In this document: positions 43,681-56,715 of the stretch, in pieces | How the letters are laid out: the number at the start of each line of letters is the position of its first letter | Position numbering within the stretch: position 1 is the first letter of the stretch | DNA from: Minutocellus sp. GHC0000111 | Taxonomy: Eukaryota | Direction: 5' to 3' | Assembly: GCA_977018835.1 (NCBI GenBank) | Contig: OZ361256.1 | Location: 2,294,001 to 2,358,000 of the forward strand | DNA: 64,000 bases | Program-made: the position numbers and the translations under genes | The notes under the pieces: generated by a model | What the model was told of the DNA's origin: nothing | The model's database searches: none | What the model saw: only the letters and a program-made list of their open reading frames with translations

Positions 43681-44940
43681 ATGTCATCTCGCAGCCGACA
43701 ATCACCCCGGGACGTCGTCATCGTCAGCTCGGTTCGAACTCCTCTCTGCCGAGCCCGCCGTGGAGCCTTCGCGACGACACCGCCTTCCACCCTCTTGTCA
43801 GCCGTCCTTCGAGGCGTCATTCTTCGAGACCGCTCCAATACAAGTGACGTCAACGCCGCCACTCTAATTGAACCCTCGGCAGTCGAAGATGTGTGCGTAG
43901 GTAATGTCCTGTCTCCAGCATCGGGAGCGGCCGCCGCGAGAATGTCTCAGCTGGCGGCAGGTCTTCCCCACACGGTCAGCCTCTCGACCACCAATCGGCA
44001 GTGCTCCTCGGGAATCCAGGCATGTGCCAACATTGCCAACGCCATTGCATCGGGTCAGATTGATGTTGGCATTGGCTGTGGTGTCGAAAGCATGAGCACG
44101 CACCCCATGAATCGCATGCCACCACCAGACGTCGATTGGGATGTGATCAAACGGCAGCAGGAGAAGCTTGGCAACGAGGACGCCATGGACTGCCTTATTC
44201 CCATGGGCATCACCAGTGAGAATGGGATGGACCGGAAGTCGTTGGATGCCTTTGCGGCTGAATCTCATAGGAGGGCTCATGTCGCGAAGACGTCTGGCAA
44301 GTTCCGTGATGAGATTGTTCCGGTGACGCTGGCCGATGGTACCATTGTCAGCGAAGACGATGGCATTCGCCCAGGCACGACCGTCCAGGGACTGTCCAAG
44401 CTCCGTCCGGCATTCGATCCTGCCGGATCAACTACTGCGGGAAATTCCAGCCAACTCACCGATGGTGCCGCGGCTGTCCTCATGATGAGCCGTGCCGAGG
44501 CCGAGCGTCGTGGACTGCCCATTGTTGGCATCTGGAGATCATACAGTGTCGTCGGAGTGCCGCCCAACATCATGGGGGTGGGACCGGCCTACGCCATCCC
44601 CGTGGCATTGGCCAAGGCTGGTATTGGCACGGATGATGTAGATGTGTACGAGATCAACGAGGCCTTCGCCAGCCAGGCCAGCTGGTCGGTCAAGGAGCTT
44701 GGTCTAAGCATGGACAAAGTGAATCCCAATGGTGGAGCGATTGCTCTGGGCCATCCCCTGGGATGTACCGGTGCAAGGCAGATGGCAACGCTCCTTCACG
44801 AGTTGCACAGACGTGATGGAAGTAGTGGAAGTGGGCAAAATGGAAGTCAATATGGCGTCGTTTCCATGTGCATTGGAACTGGAATGGGAGCTGCCGCTGT
44901 CATCGAAGTTCCCTCTTCGGCGATATCATCCAGACTTTGA
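43681..44940 (+). CDS. Peroxisomal 3-ketoacyl-CoA thiolase with PTS1 (SRL); apparent ~5-aa deletion
   Basis: NRQCSSG, TTAGNSSQLTDGAAA, EINEAFASQ, NPNGGAIALGHPLG, SMCIGTGMGAA; C-terminal SRL. Confidence 0.95.
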   Translation: MSSRSRQSPRDVVIVSSVRTPLCRARRGAFATTPPSTLLSAVLRGVILRDRSNTSDVNAATLIEPSAVEDVCVGNVLSPASGAAAARMSQLAAGLPHTVSLSTTNRQCSSGIQACANIANAIASGQIDVGIGCGVESMSTHPMNRMPPPDVDWDVIKRQQEKLGNEDAMDCLIPMGITSENGMDRKSLDAFAAESHRRAHVAKTSGKFRDEIVPVTLADGTIVSEDDGIRPGTTVQGLSKLRPAFDPAGSTTAGNSSQLTDGAAAVLMMSRAEAERRGLPIVGIWRSYSVVGVPPNIMGVGPAYAIPVALAKAGIGTDDVDVYEINEAFASQASWSVKELGLSMDKVNPNGGAIALGHPLGCTGARQMATLLHELHRRDGSSGSGQNGSQYGVVSMCIGTGMGAAAVIEVPSSAISSRL

Positions 44941-45751
44941 TCGAGCGTGAAGAATCGCTAGCTAAGAACGTACTTAGAATAACTGCAGTGTAATTACACT
45001 CTTGCCTAATACTACATGTACCGGTAGCCACCAGATTTGCTTCTCTCGCGTAGCATCTTTGCTTGACACATTGCTGATGTACACTGCCGTGCGCTTGTAG
45101 GTGCCATTGCCCGTGGTCTTTCCCTACACAAGAGATCACGACTGCATTTCGTTCGAGGCGCGAAAGAAGAGGCAGCTAGGGTTGCGAAGGATGCAATGAA
45201 TCGTTTCGAGACTGGCAGGTGCTCTGATAGTGACGAATTCTCGGCACGCCATTCGAGTCGAGAATATGGTTACTACTAGCAATTTAGAGGCTTTAGAAGT
45301 GGACCTGAACGGCGCCACGAGTAATTTGCGGCTGCTACCTTACTTTACTTTCCTCTCTTTTCATCGCCTGACGATTTGATAAACTCTCTACATGTACGTG
45401 CATGACAATTCTCTAAGTAAACGTTTATCAAAAAATAAATCAGTCTCTACATGTGTAAATCTAAATTTTTACAATCCACCTATCGCAAATACCGGTAGAT
45501 CTCTGCGCACATACAACTACAAATATCAACAGAGCATGCGTTTCGAGCCACTCTTCTCTTGGTCTTCCACATACACATGTACAGTACATGTATAGGGGCG
45601 CTATGAGTAATTATTTGCGGCTGGTTTTGCTTGTCCTACTTTCTTCGCTTCTCATCTTCTGATTATGTCGATCCTCTAAACGTCTACGTAGAAAATCGTT
45701 ATACATGTAGACCTATCATCCTACGCTGTTTGCCTGGCTGAAGCCCCTGCG

Positions 45752-46636
45752 CTAGCCAGCCATCACCTCCTGAAATTGCCTCCAGGCAAGTACGGGACGT
45801 AGCTCTTCGTCTAATTCGACGGCACGTTCGACAATCTCCAGGCTTTTGCGGCCGTGGCCCCGCTTCATCTCAAAGAGTGCATATGCCTGCAGAACCTTGG
45901 CGGAGCAGGCGCATTCCTTGTCTTCGGGATATTCTGCCTGCACGGTGCGAAAGAAGTTGAGGAACACCGACCGAGCGCCCTTGACGTCGTTCATGCGCTG
46001 CTTGAGCAGAGCCAGCAGCAGCGTCGACACGGCCAGCCGGGCATGGTCGCACCCGTCCTCGTCGTTCTGGATCTCGTCGATGATGCGCCGGTACAGTGCC
46101 TCGGCCTGATCAAGCTTGCCACTATTGATGAGGTTCCGAGCAAAGTAGTGCCGCTCGGCCTGGCGGATTTGGTTCTGAAGTTCGTCGGGGCTGGAGCGGG
46201 GGAATGACCGCGGCAGCTGTCCGCGCGATCGGCGCTTCTGCTCTCTAGCGACGGTGGTGTAGTATTTGAGGGAACGATTGATCCATTGTTTGCGTCGTTT
46301 GTTGAGTATGCGATGGGATTGGCCCTTTGCTCCTTGTTGTTGTTGAGCATGAGGGCGAGAACTTCCATCGATGTTTGGCCGTTGATCAGCGATTCCATCA
46401 CCATTGGTTGGCGTTTGATTGAACAGAATGGTATTATAGTTGGCAATAGCATAATGGTGATTCGTGGTTGGCATTCGCAGCAGTGGTTGGGACGACGATA
46501 ATTGACGGCAAGAAAAAGTAGCCGGAGATGAAGTGAAGGCATCGACGACGATCGTAGTGACGCTCGGGGAGAAGATCGAGATGGACGCCGATACAAGAGC
46601 GATGGCAAACAGAGATGTGGCTGGACGATTCATCAT
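45752..46636 (-). CDS. Plastid-targeted TPR/HAT-repeat-like protein
   Basis: VDA-F presequence; helical repeats AEALYRR, ARSVF, VLQAYALFEMKRG..VERAVELD. Confidence 0.75.
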   Translation of the reverse strand: MMNRPATSLFAIALVSASISIFSPSVTTIVVDAFTSSPATFSCRQLSSSQPLLRMPTTNHHYAIANYNTILFNQTPTNGDGIADQRPNIDGSSRPHAQQQQGAKGQSHRILNKRRKQWINRSLKYYTTVAREQKRRSRGQLPRSFPRSSPDELQNQIRQAERHYFARNLINSGKLDQAEALYRRIIDEIQNDEDGCDHARLAVSTLLLALLKQRMNDVKGARSVFLNFFRTVQAEYPEDKECACSAKVLQAYALFEMKRGHGRKSLEIVERAVELDEELRPVLAWRQFQEVMAG

Positions 46637-47142
46637 CGTGGTTGGAGATTGGTACTTGGCTTGGGCTTTTGCTGATTATGGCGCATTTCATTGGCATAAA
46701 AGAACAAAAGAGCAGCTGAGAATTTGGCCCGTGTCTGGGCTGGGCCCATTTCGCCGTGTCCAGAAAAAAGTCGCATCGCCCTCAGCCATGCACGCGCAAG
46801 TCGAATGAGTCACAAAAAACCCCGGAAGGCGTTTCTTGTGGGCTTTCGGAATGATGTCATAATTGAAGTTCTGACTTCACTGGGTCATAGATCTGCGAGA
46901 AATTAATTAGCCCCCGTTCCCCTCAAAGCACACCAAAGACCGTTCTGACTCAGTTTTCTCGCGATCTTTCGCCGAACGAAACTTCGAGTTAGCGTCAAAT
47001 CCGCCAGCTGTTTGCTCCAGCCTTCTGCGCTGTTGCTCTGCGTCGACCGAGGATATCTGGCGCAACTGCATCACCACTTCATATTCCCTTGAGTTCTTCG
47101 CTCGGCGTATCTTTCTACATCGACCGATAGCTCATCTCCAAT

Positions 47143-50100
47143 ATGGTGTCCTTCAACTCGGCCGCCGTGGCCCTCCTCTCCCTTGGGGTCGCCACTGCGT
47201 AAGTAATATGTCGGCCTTGAGTCAGCGTTCGCTGTCTGAATCATATATCCGGTAACAGCTATGCGGCGGTTGACGGCTGTTCTTCGCCACCAGCTTCGCG
47301 CCTGCTTTTGATTATGTGCTGTATGTGCACAGTTGCTTTTCATGTCATGTGTTGAATATGCCTTCTTCATTTTCGGTACCGAGATGATGGCCGAAACAAG
47401 TCAGCACGACGAAGCATACGAGCAGATAAATTAAATGGGTGATGGAAAGATTTCGATTTCCTTCTTACTCACCTTTGTGGTCTCCGCCCTCATTTATCCA
47501 ACTTACTCTGCACATATGAACAAACACATATTCTAATATACCAAAATGCAGGTTCACCACCCCCTCGTTCGTCAACAACAAGGCCGTCCTGCAAAAGTCG
47601 GCCGTGGCGACCAATGCCCTGTACCAAAAGAAGCCGTCTGCCGCGTCTTCCTTGAATATGGTCCTCAAGGATCCGACCGATACCGACGTGTCCATCGGCG
47701 GCGGCGGCGGCATGTTCACCGCCTCCAACTCGGAGAACCGTCGTGTCGTTCCCGAAAATGCCGGCGATCGTCCCGTCATGAAGGTCGTCTACGTCGTCCT
47801 CGAATCGCAGTACCAGTCCTCCATGACCGGCGCCGTCAAGCGCATCAACGCCGGCTCCGACAACATGGCCGTCGAGTGCGTCGGCTACCTCCTCGAGGAG
47901 CTTCGCAACGACGAGACGTACGAGCAGTTCAAGAAGGACGTCGAGGATGCCAACATCTTCATCGGCTCTCTCATCTTCGTCCAGGAGCTCGCCGAGAAGG
48001 TCACCGACGTCGTCAAGCCTCTGCGCGATCAGCTCGATGCCGTCCTCGTCTTCCCCTCCATGCCCGAGGTGATGCGCCTCAACAAGGTCGGTTCCTTCAC
48101 CATGAAGAACCTCGGCCAGAGCAAGTCCGTCGTGGCCGACTTCATGAAGAAGAAGAAGCAGGAGAATGGTTCGTCCTTCGAGGAGGGTATGCTCAAGCTG
48201 CTCCGTACCCTCCCCAAGGTCCTCAAGTTCCTCCCCAGTGACAAGGCCGCCGATGCCCGCACTTTCATGATGTCCTTCCAGTACTGGCTTGGAGGTGAGT
48301 GAATTTTATCATTGCAAAATGGCAAAACGGCATTGGATCTTTTGCATGATATTGTAATATTGCTTTCTGTGTATTCGATATCGAAAATTCTTCTGTATAT
48401 CAATTCTTCTCACAATGTCACACCACATCTTATTATCGCCCTTTCCACATCAATCAGGCTCCCCCGAGAACCTCGAGTCGCTCCTCCTCATGGTTGGTCA
48501 GGACTACGTCGAGCCCGTCAAGAAGTCCATGGAGGGCAAGGAGAAGGTCGTGGCCGAGGAGCCCGTCCTCCTCCCCGACAAGGCCATCTGGCACCCCGTC
48601 GCTCCCTCGATCGTCTTCGAGAACAACCAGAAGTACTTCGAGTGGTACAACAAGGAGTTCTGCCCCGATGCCGGCATCGACACCAAGGATGCCCCCACCG
48701 TCGGTATCATCCTCCAGAAGTCGCACATCAACACCAAGGACGACACTCACTACGTTTCCCTCATCTCCGAGCTCGAGGGCCGCGGCGCTCGCGTCGTTCC
48801 CATCTACTCCGGTGGACTCGACTTCTCTGGCCCTCTCGAGGAGTACTTCTACGATGCCAACGGCAAGCCTATCGTTGATACCATCATCAACTTGACTGGC
48901 TTCGCCCTCGTCGGTGGCCCCGCCTCGCAGGACCACGCCAAGGCCGCCCAGGTCCTCAAGAAGCTGAACAAGCCGTACATGTGCGCCGTTCCCCTCGTCT
49001 TCCAGAGCTTCGAGGAGTGGCAGGCTTCCGAGCTCGGCCTTCACCCCATCCAGGTCGCCCTTCAGGTGTCGCTTCCCGAGATCGATGGTGCCATCGAGCC
49101 CATTATCTACGCCGGACGTGAGGGTGCCACCGGCCGCAGTGTCCCTCTGGCCGACCGTGTCAACCTCCTCGCCGACCGTGCCCTCAAGTGGTCCAAGCTC
49201 AGCAACAAGCCCAAGCAGGACAAGAAGATTGCTATCACCATCTTCTCTTTCCCCCCTGACAAGGGCAATGTCGGTACCGCCGCCTACCTCGATGTGTTCG
49301 ATTCCATCAAGGCCGTGCTCAAGGAGCTCAAGCAGCAGGGATATGACATTGGTGATGCCCCCCTTGATAGCAAGGAGGCCATCATGGCGCAGATCCTCGA
49401 CGATCCCGAGGCCAAGATCTCGTCTCCCGACCTCAACGTTGCCTACCGCATGAACACCGATGAGTACTATGAGCTCACCCCTTACGCGGAGGACCTCGAG
49501 GAGAACTGGGGTCCCGCTCCCGGCAACCTCAACTCGGACGGCCAGAATCTGCTTGTGTACGGAAAGGAGTTCGGCAATGTGTTCATTGGCGTCCAGCCTT
49601 CGTTCGGTTATGAGGGTGATCCGATGCGTCTGCTCTTTGCCAAGTCGGCCAGTCCTCACCACGGCTTCGCCGCCTACTACACCTACCTGGAGAAGATCTT
49701 CGAGGCCGATGCCGTCCTTCACTTCGGTACCCACGGAAGTTTGGAGTTCATGCCCGGTAAGCAGGTCGGTATGTCCGGCACCTGCTACCCCGATCGTCTG
49801 ATCAACTCCCTCCCCTCGGCTTACCTGTACGCCGCCAACAACCCCTCGGAGGCTACCATTGCCAAGCGTCGTTCGTACTCGGCCATCGTCTCGTACCTTA
49901 CTCCTCCCGCCGAGAATGCCGGTCTGTACAAGGGCTTGAAGGAGCTCAAGGAGCTGATCTCGTCGTACCAGGGTCTCCGTGAGAACGAGGGCCGCGGCCC
50001 TGCCATTATCAACTCCATCCTCTCCACCGCCTACACCTGCAACCTCGACAAGGATGTTGACCTTCCCGATATGGAGACCTACGATGCCGCCAGTGACACT

Positions 50101-51897
50101 GTCGAGAACCGTGATGCCATTGCCGGTGCCATCTACTCCCAGATCATGCAGATCGAGAGCCGTCTGCTCCCCTGCGGTCTTCACACCGTCGGTGTTCCCC
50201 CCACCGCCGAGGAGGCCATTGCCACTCTCGTCAACATTGCCCAGCTCGACCGTCCCGAGGACAAGATCGAGGGTCTCCCCCGTGTCATTGCCGCCTCGAT
50301 CGGCCGCGATATCAACGACATCTACCGTGGCAACAACAACGGTGTCCTTGAGGACGTTGACCTCAACACCAAGATTACCGATGCCTCCCGTGCTGCCGTC
50401 CGTGCCCTCGTTCAGCAGTCGACCGACTCCAACGGCCGTGTCAAGGAGGTCAAGAACATGTTCGATGAGGTTGGCGGTATGATTGGTGCTATGATCGGTG
50501 CCAAGAAGCCCTGGACCAAGGCCATTATGGATGCCGGCTTCCCCGCCATTGACGAGGAGCGCCTTGCTCCCCTCTTTGCCTACTTGGAGTTCTGCCTCAA
50601 GCAGGTCGTCGCCGACAACGAGCTTGGTGGTATCATGGAGCTCCTCAACGGAGAGTTCCTCATGCCCGCTCCTGGTGGCGATCCCATCCGTAACCCCGAT
50701 GTTCTCCCCACCGGCCGTAACATGCACGCTCTTGACCCCTCGGCTATCCCCACTCAGGCTGCCGTTGAGGTTTCCGAGGATGTCGTTCGCAAGCTTCTTG
50801 AGAAGCTCAAGGACGAGAACGACGGCAAGTTCCCCGAGAGTATTGCTTTCACCCTCTGGGGTACCGACAACATCAAGACCTACGGCGAGTCCCTCGCTCA
50901 GGTTCTGGCTCTTGTTGGTGTCCGTCCCGTTGCCGATTCTCTCGGCCGTGTCAACAAGGTTGAGCTCATCCCTCTTGAGGAGCTTGGCCGTCCCCGTGTC
51001 GACGTTGTCGTTTCGTGCTCCGGTGTGTTCCGTGATCTCTTCATCAACCAGATGAACCTCATGGACCGTGGTATCAAGATGGCCGCCGAGGCCGACGAGC
51101 CCCTCGACCAGATTTTTGTCCGTAAGCACGCCATGGAGCAGGCCGAGGAGATGAACGTTTCTCTGCGTGAGGCCGCTTGCCGTGTCTTCTCCAACTCCGC
51201 CGGTTCCTACTCCGCCAACGTTGGTCTCGCCATCGAGAACGGCGGCTGGGAGGACGAGAGCCAGCTCCAGGAGCAGTTCCTCACCCGCAAGGGCTTCGCC
51301 TTCAACGCCGACAAGCCCGGTATGATGGAGCAGCAGGCCGACCTCTTCAAGTCTGCCCTCAAGACCGTCGACGTTACCTTCCAGGACCTCGATTCGTCCG
51401 AGATTTCCATCACCGATGTGTCGCACTACTACGATTCCGACCCCACCAAGGTCGTCGAGGGTCTCCGTGACGACAAGAAGAAGCCCATGTCCCTCATGGC
51501 CGACACCACCACCGCCAACGCTCAGGTCCGTACTCTTTCCGAGACCGTCCGACTCGATGCCCGTACCAAGCTTCTGAACCCCAAGTTCTACGAGGGTATG
51601 CTTTCCACTGGCTACGAGGGTGTCCGTGAGATCCAGAAGCGTCTCCGTAACACCATGGGCTGGTCCGCCACCGCCGGTGAGGTTGACAACTTCGTCTTCG
51701 AGGATGCCAACGACACCTTCATCAACGATCCCGAGATGCAGCAGCGCCTTCTCGACACCAACCCCAACGCCTTCCGGGATATGGTCACCACCTTCCTCGA
51801 GGCCAACGGCCGTGGCTACTGGGACACCTCCGAGGAGAACATTGAGCGTCTCCAGGAGCTGTATGCCGAGGTCGAGGACCGAATTGAGGGCATCTAA
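47143..51897 (+). CDS. CHLH: Magnesium chelatase subunit H, 3 exons (47143-47197, 47552-48294, 48458-51897); exon 1 is 1 nt out of phase as written
   Basis: [80 protein letters not shown]; strong codon bias. Confidence 0.97.
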
Positions 51898-52192
51898 AAC
51901 ATCTCGAGGTTATCTGATTTATCTCTGATAATTTGCGGTTGTTGGAATGCTGTGGAGATCGAGATGCGTCGCTTCGGAAGTTTCGCAACTTGATGGGAAG
52001 GTCTCTACGTAGCTAGAATCTTTATTCACATATACAATTTGCTTTACGATATCATGGCACATAGCAGAAAGGACGATGCCTTTTTGATACATCTAATATT
52101 ATTAATATCATTATTTGAAGCCAACTTAACTTTGCCGACCTCTAACTACGTACGCAGTAGAACTAGCGACATCTAGCAATAGCAAGATTCAC

Positions 52193-53556
52193 CTAAATCA
52201 GTAGATACTCGCGATGCTTGCCTCCCTTCATCTTCCTCTTCTTGCCCTGCACAACATTCTTCTTCGTCAATGTCTTGCGAGCGGCCATCTTGCGGTCGAC
52301 CAAACTTTCCATCCGATCCGTGAGGAGACTGCCCTTGGGCCGGACCGTGCGGAGGGCACCGCCGCCCTGCTCGGCGAGTTCTTCCGTCAGCGCCACGGGC
52401 AGCGCCGGAGCGCGGATGGGGTCGATGGTGGACAGCTTGGTCGTCACCCCCCTGCCCAGAGGCTCGATCTGCCGCTCGGCCTTGAGCCGGCGGAGCTCCT
52501 CCCTCCTCTCGGCCTTCTCGGCCTCCTCCTTGGCAATCTGCTTGGCCGTCTTCTTGTGCTCTGAAAGCGAGGCCAGCATCCGCTTCTCGGCCCGGCGCTT
52601 CTCGAGGGCATTCCTTTCGGCGCGCACACGACGCTGCTTGTTGCGCTGGGCACGGGTCAGCTTCTCCTTCTTCTTGTGAAGGCTTACCTTGCCACTTTCG
52701 TCTCCACTATCGTCGTCCTCTTCATCACTGCTGCTCTCATCGTCACTGCCAACGAGCAGCGCCTTGGTCTCCTCGCTGAGGCCCTGACTAATGGGCGTCT
52801 CCTTGTACTCGATGGCGTCGTTGCGGCGAATTTCAATGGCCAATGCCTCCCCGATGACGTCCTGATGACGTCCTGATGCGCCTCGGGATCGGGCCGGTAC
52901 GACTGTCCGGCGTGGGCCACCTCGACGGCGACGGCGGGACGGGCCATCTGCTTCCGGGCTTCTCGGGCCTTGATCTGCTTGTTGGAGATGTGCGTCATCT
53001 CGGGCATGGCAGCCCCCACCTCCTTGGACAGCTTGGTCACTTGGTTGATGTTCTTCTTGACGACGACCTGGACGGGTGCCGTCCCTCCTCGGGCCGCGCC
53101 GCCGCTGACGGCCACGGCCAGCTTCTTCTTCTTCTGCTGATTACTAGCATTGATGCCGTCGTCGCCCCACAGATCAAAGTCGGTCCGAGCCCTGCCGGCA
53201 ACGCGCTTGGCGCCGCGTCGTCGGGCCAGCCGCTCGCGTCCCTCCTGGGCCATGGCGACGGCCCCCTCCTCGCCCTGCGTCTGCAGTATGCGCTTCACCT
53301 GCCGCTTGTCTTTTTCGGACAGCGCATTCTTGTCCCTCTTGACCTTGTCGCCCGTCCGCTGCCTCTTGGGCACGTGCGTCAAGGCCGACGCATCCCCTAC
53401 GGTATCGACCACGAACAGATCGGCGTCGGCCTTGGCCTTGGCCTCGACCGACTTGGTGGCAATCTGCTCGGCCTGCCGCTCCTGCAGCAGTTCGGCCGCC
53501 TCGTTGGCGCGCTTCCGGGCCCTCTGGTTCACTCCCTTCTTGGATTTCTTGCCCAT
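52193..53556 (-). pseudogene. NOP53: Nop53/GLTSCR2 ribosome biogenesis factor frameshifted by an 11-nt tandem duplication
   Basis: DLFVVDTVG, FDLW, HAGQSYRPDPEAHQDVI, KLTRAQRNKQRR, LRTVRPKGSLLTDRMESL; gatgacgtcct repeated at 52853-52874. Confidence 0.88.
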
Positions 53557-53981
53557 GCTTGAAAATAATTGGAAAGAAAATATATGTATGTGATGTGTGG
53601 TTGCGGTGGACGAATGCCAACCCTATCGAACCGAGGAATGAAAGAAAGAACACGAAGCCGACGAGTTGTGAGTTGTGTTGTGGCACAAAAACTGGTTGGC
53701 GCGCGGAGCACGGATACGTACGGCAAAATGCCGATGGCGGACAGACGAATAATTTCATCAAAAAGAAAGTCGACCTTTCGGGACACACGTCGTTTGGACA
53801 CTCAAAAACGCGAAGCTTACGGCGCGCCTTTGGCGACCGTCAAACAACTCGCTGAGAAAGATAGCACAGCCGAAGATTCGACCACAGCATAGCAAACTGT
53901 GCTTGCCTTTCACACACGCATAAGTCACGTTGCGCACTCGAGAATATCACACAAGTGCAAATACATAAACTGATTAGTTAC

Positions 53982-55602
53982 ATGAGTCCATCCACCGAGG
54001 AGCAGCAACGGCAAGTTGTCGTCGCTGGAGGCGACATCGACAGACGATCTGCCTTTGCCTCAGCTGCTGCTGCTGTAACCACCACCAACAATGACGACAT
54101 TGACAACAACTGCAACGAAATTGTCACCAACTACACCCGATCGTTCGATCTTGGACTTGGCACCGCCAGCAACTCCGTCAACACATGCGTCGATGATCCC
54201 CACCGAGTTGAGGAGGAGGGAGAGTACAACGTAACGAGCCTCGAACTTTTCTCGGATCTGGTCGTGGTGGTCGCCATTCACGTCATTGCCACCCCTCTCG
54301 AAGACGAGGGGATACTCGCCAACATACCGTGGTACATTATCCGGATCTTCCATTTGTGGTTGATATGGCACTCGGCCACCATATCGTTCCACCTATCGCA
54401 TCTGTTCAAGGATGCAGAGAACCCGGTCCTCCTCCTCATCGTCCTACTTTACATGGTCCTCGTTCTGCTACTTGCGCAGCATTATCGCATCGACGACAAC
54501 TTTGGTGCCTTGATCATCAACATGATCCTGCGAGCCATGGAGGTCGCGTCCTTTGCGGTCCAGGTCCATCGAGAACCGCCCATGCACTTCGATTCGGCAC
54601 GGCTGGCCATCCTCCGTATGATACCCCAGTCCATGGTACCAAACTTTGTCATCACCGAGGTACTACCCCTATCGCTGTCGCTGATCTTTTCCGTTGATGG
54701 ACAGCCGCGCATGTCACTGGTTTGGCTGAGTATCGTACTGGTCATGGCCCAACGCACGTACGGTGCATACAAGGTCGACAGGATCCAGAGCCAATCGTCT
54801 AAACCACCGGTCAAGGTGTTCGACGATCATTTGATGAAGGAGAGGTACGAACTGATATCTCTAATTTTTATTGGAGAGATAACGTTCGCCGCCGCCGGTG
54901 ATGGCGACAATTGGCTGTCCGTGGGCTACTGCTGCTTTGTCATGCTCACGGCATTCGGGTGCTACCTTCTCTTCTTCACTGCGAGGCAGCCGCCGAAAAT
55001 AATGTCAATCCAAGAATTTTGGAGTCGGTCTGGCGTTCACATTATGACGGGACAACACCTTTATCTTGGATTGTTTGCGTCCCTGCCGGCCATCGCTGCC
55101 GGCTATATGCACATAGCCGAGTCAATGGAGGGCATGGAAGAGGATAACCTCAACGGCAACGTATTATGCGATCCTTCATCCTCAAGCCTTCTCATATTGT
55201 CGGCCACTACATTTCTCGTCTTCTCACTTTGTGCAAGCAATGACGAAGGCAAAACGAGAAGCAGTCATGAAGCAATGGCAGCTTGTTACGGTTCGATTGC
55301 TCTGGTCAGTAATTTGCGCAGGGCTATACTTTCTTCCAGAACGGGCTTCATGCGTGGGTCAACATCCCGTCGCTTCCTTCGCAGTTCCGATAATTTTCTT
55401 CTCTTCAACAATGATTGAGATCTACGGATTGCAGGAAAAAGGGTATAGCATCGTCAAAAGATTAGAGCGTCAGTCTACTGTTCAACGGACAAAGCCTATT
55501 CAGAAGGGCGGTTCGAGCAAAACGCTGATTGTTTACGACCCAACCTTTGAAATTGTGGGCGAAAATTCTCTCAAGAGTATTGGCCAAGACGAGATTATTT
55601 GA
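53982..55602 (+). pseudogene. LtrA-like (low temperature requirement A) membrane protein with a frameshift at ~55230
   Basis: VTSLELFSDLVVVVAI and HLMKERYELISLIFIGE motifs; TM sequence continues in the +1 frame (55231-55602); may be a homopolymer error. Confidence 0.7.
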
Positions 55603-55770
55603 ATTGAGCAATTCTAATGCAAATTTTACTGGATGTATCGTATTATTTGTTACTGTAATTATTTCCATGTTTGTTTTCATAAATATAAAGACCATCTACA
55701 ATACCTTCTGTAGGAATTTCTTCTTATTTGTATGAATGCCATGGCTCTCACTGCAAATATCCTGCCCCCA

Positions 55771-56523
55771 TCATCGCCTTGGTCCGAGAATTTGATCAAT
55801 CTGTTCTTCAGTCAAGTCAAGTCTCAATGGGACTGCTACGAGCGGCGATGTTCCTGGGCGAGGTTTCTCTTCAAGCTGAAAAAGCACTGAATCTAAAAGG
55901 TCATATTTCTGAAGTATCTCGACAATGGCCTGCAAATGGCAGAGATAATCCCACTCACTCTGATGCCGAAATCGTCGTGATCCCAACTTGAAGGGCAGTA
56001 TATTGAGATAGACTTTGCGGAACCCGTAACTTTCCACTCTCTGAAAGTCGACATCCCAACATACTCCAAACTTATTTAATATTGCATCTCGCAGCGCATA
56101 TCCGTCAAACTCGGCCTCTTCTTCTTCAACATTTTCTGGTTCTTCTCTACCAGTATTCGATGCTTCATCATTATTGCCGGCACCCCTTCTCTCAATCTCG
56201 GCGGCTAGACCAGACGCATCCCACACGTCATCATCATTGGCTATCTCGTCCTTCATTTCATCGGCAGTGGCCTTGGAATTTTTCTTGGCAGCAGCTTCCT
56301 CCCCAGTGTTTGGATTTTCCTTCTTATTACCAAATAGGTCATCGAAGAACGAACCGCGAAGAACGGTAAGCCGAACGGGATCGTCACGAAAGGGTTGCTC
56401 GCATTGGCCGGACGGCGATGTTCCGGCAGCATCGGGGAAGGGTGGTGCTGTGACGAACGCCGACGCAACTTGGCACCCGTACCCGAGCAGTGATGCGATG
56501 AAGAACGCACAAAATATCTTCAT
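55771..56523 (-). CDS. Plastid-targeted DUF3067-like protein
   Basis: ASA-F presequence; FDGYALRDAILNKFG..DV.F...VYLNILPF...YLCHLQAIVEIL...KPRPG..VAVPLRLDL. Confidence 0.8.
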   Translation of the reverse strand: MKIFCAFFIASLLGYGCQVASAFVTAPPFPDAAGTSPSGQCEQPFRDDPVRLTVLRGSFFDDLFGNKKENPNTGEEAAAKKNSKATADEMKDEIANDDDVWDASGLAAEIERRGAGNNDEASNTGREEPENVEEEEAEFDGYALRDAILNKFGVCWDVDFQRVESYGFRKVYLNILPFKLGSRRFRHQSEWDYLCHLQAIVEILQKYDLLDSVLFQLEEKPRPGTSPLVAVPLRLDLTEEQIDQILGPRR

Positions 56524-56715
56524 TGATATATCTCTTATGGGCTAACACCCTTCTCTTCGCTTTGCTTGGTTTCCCTTCCCGAAATGTTGAGCTTGGGCAC
56601 GCGCGGGCGGGCGGGGCACACGCAGCAGCGACAGAGAAACCCGGAAACATTCCCGCAATGCGCCAAACCAAAACGTCATAACCAACCAAAACTCTCACCC
56701 ACATCGAAAGCGACG

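Noticed and set aside
45067..45700. Startless ~70-codon frame and a weak ~90-bp direct repeat (45320 / 45606)
   Set aside because: No recognisable family and too diverged to support a call.
48454..51426. 990-aa antisense ORF over ChlH
   Set aside because: Shadow of strong C-ending codon bias; no protein-like motifs.
5507..53556. Functional cluster of RNA-processing genes (Mago, LYAR, ISY1, PAP, Nop53)
   Set aside because: Spread over ~48 kb among unrelated genes; compatible with chance.
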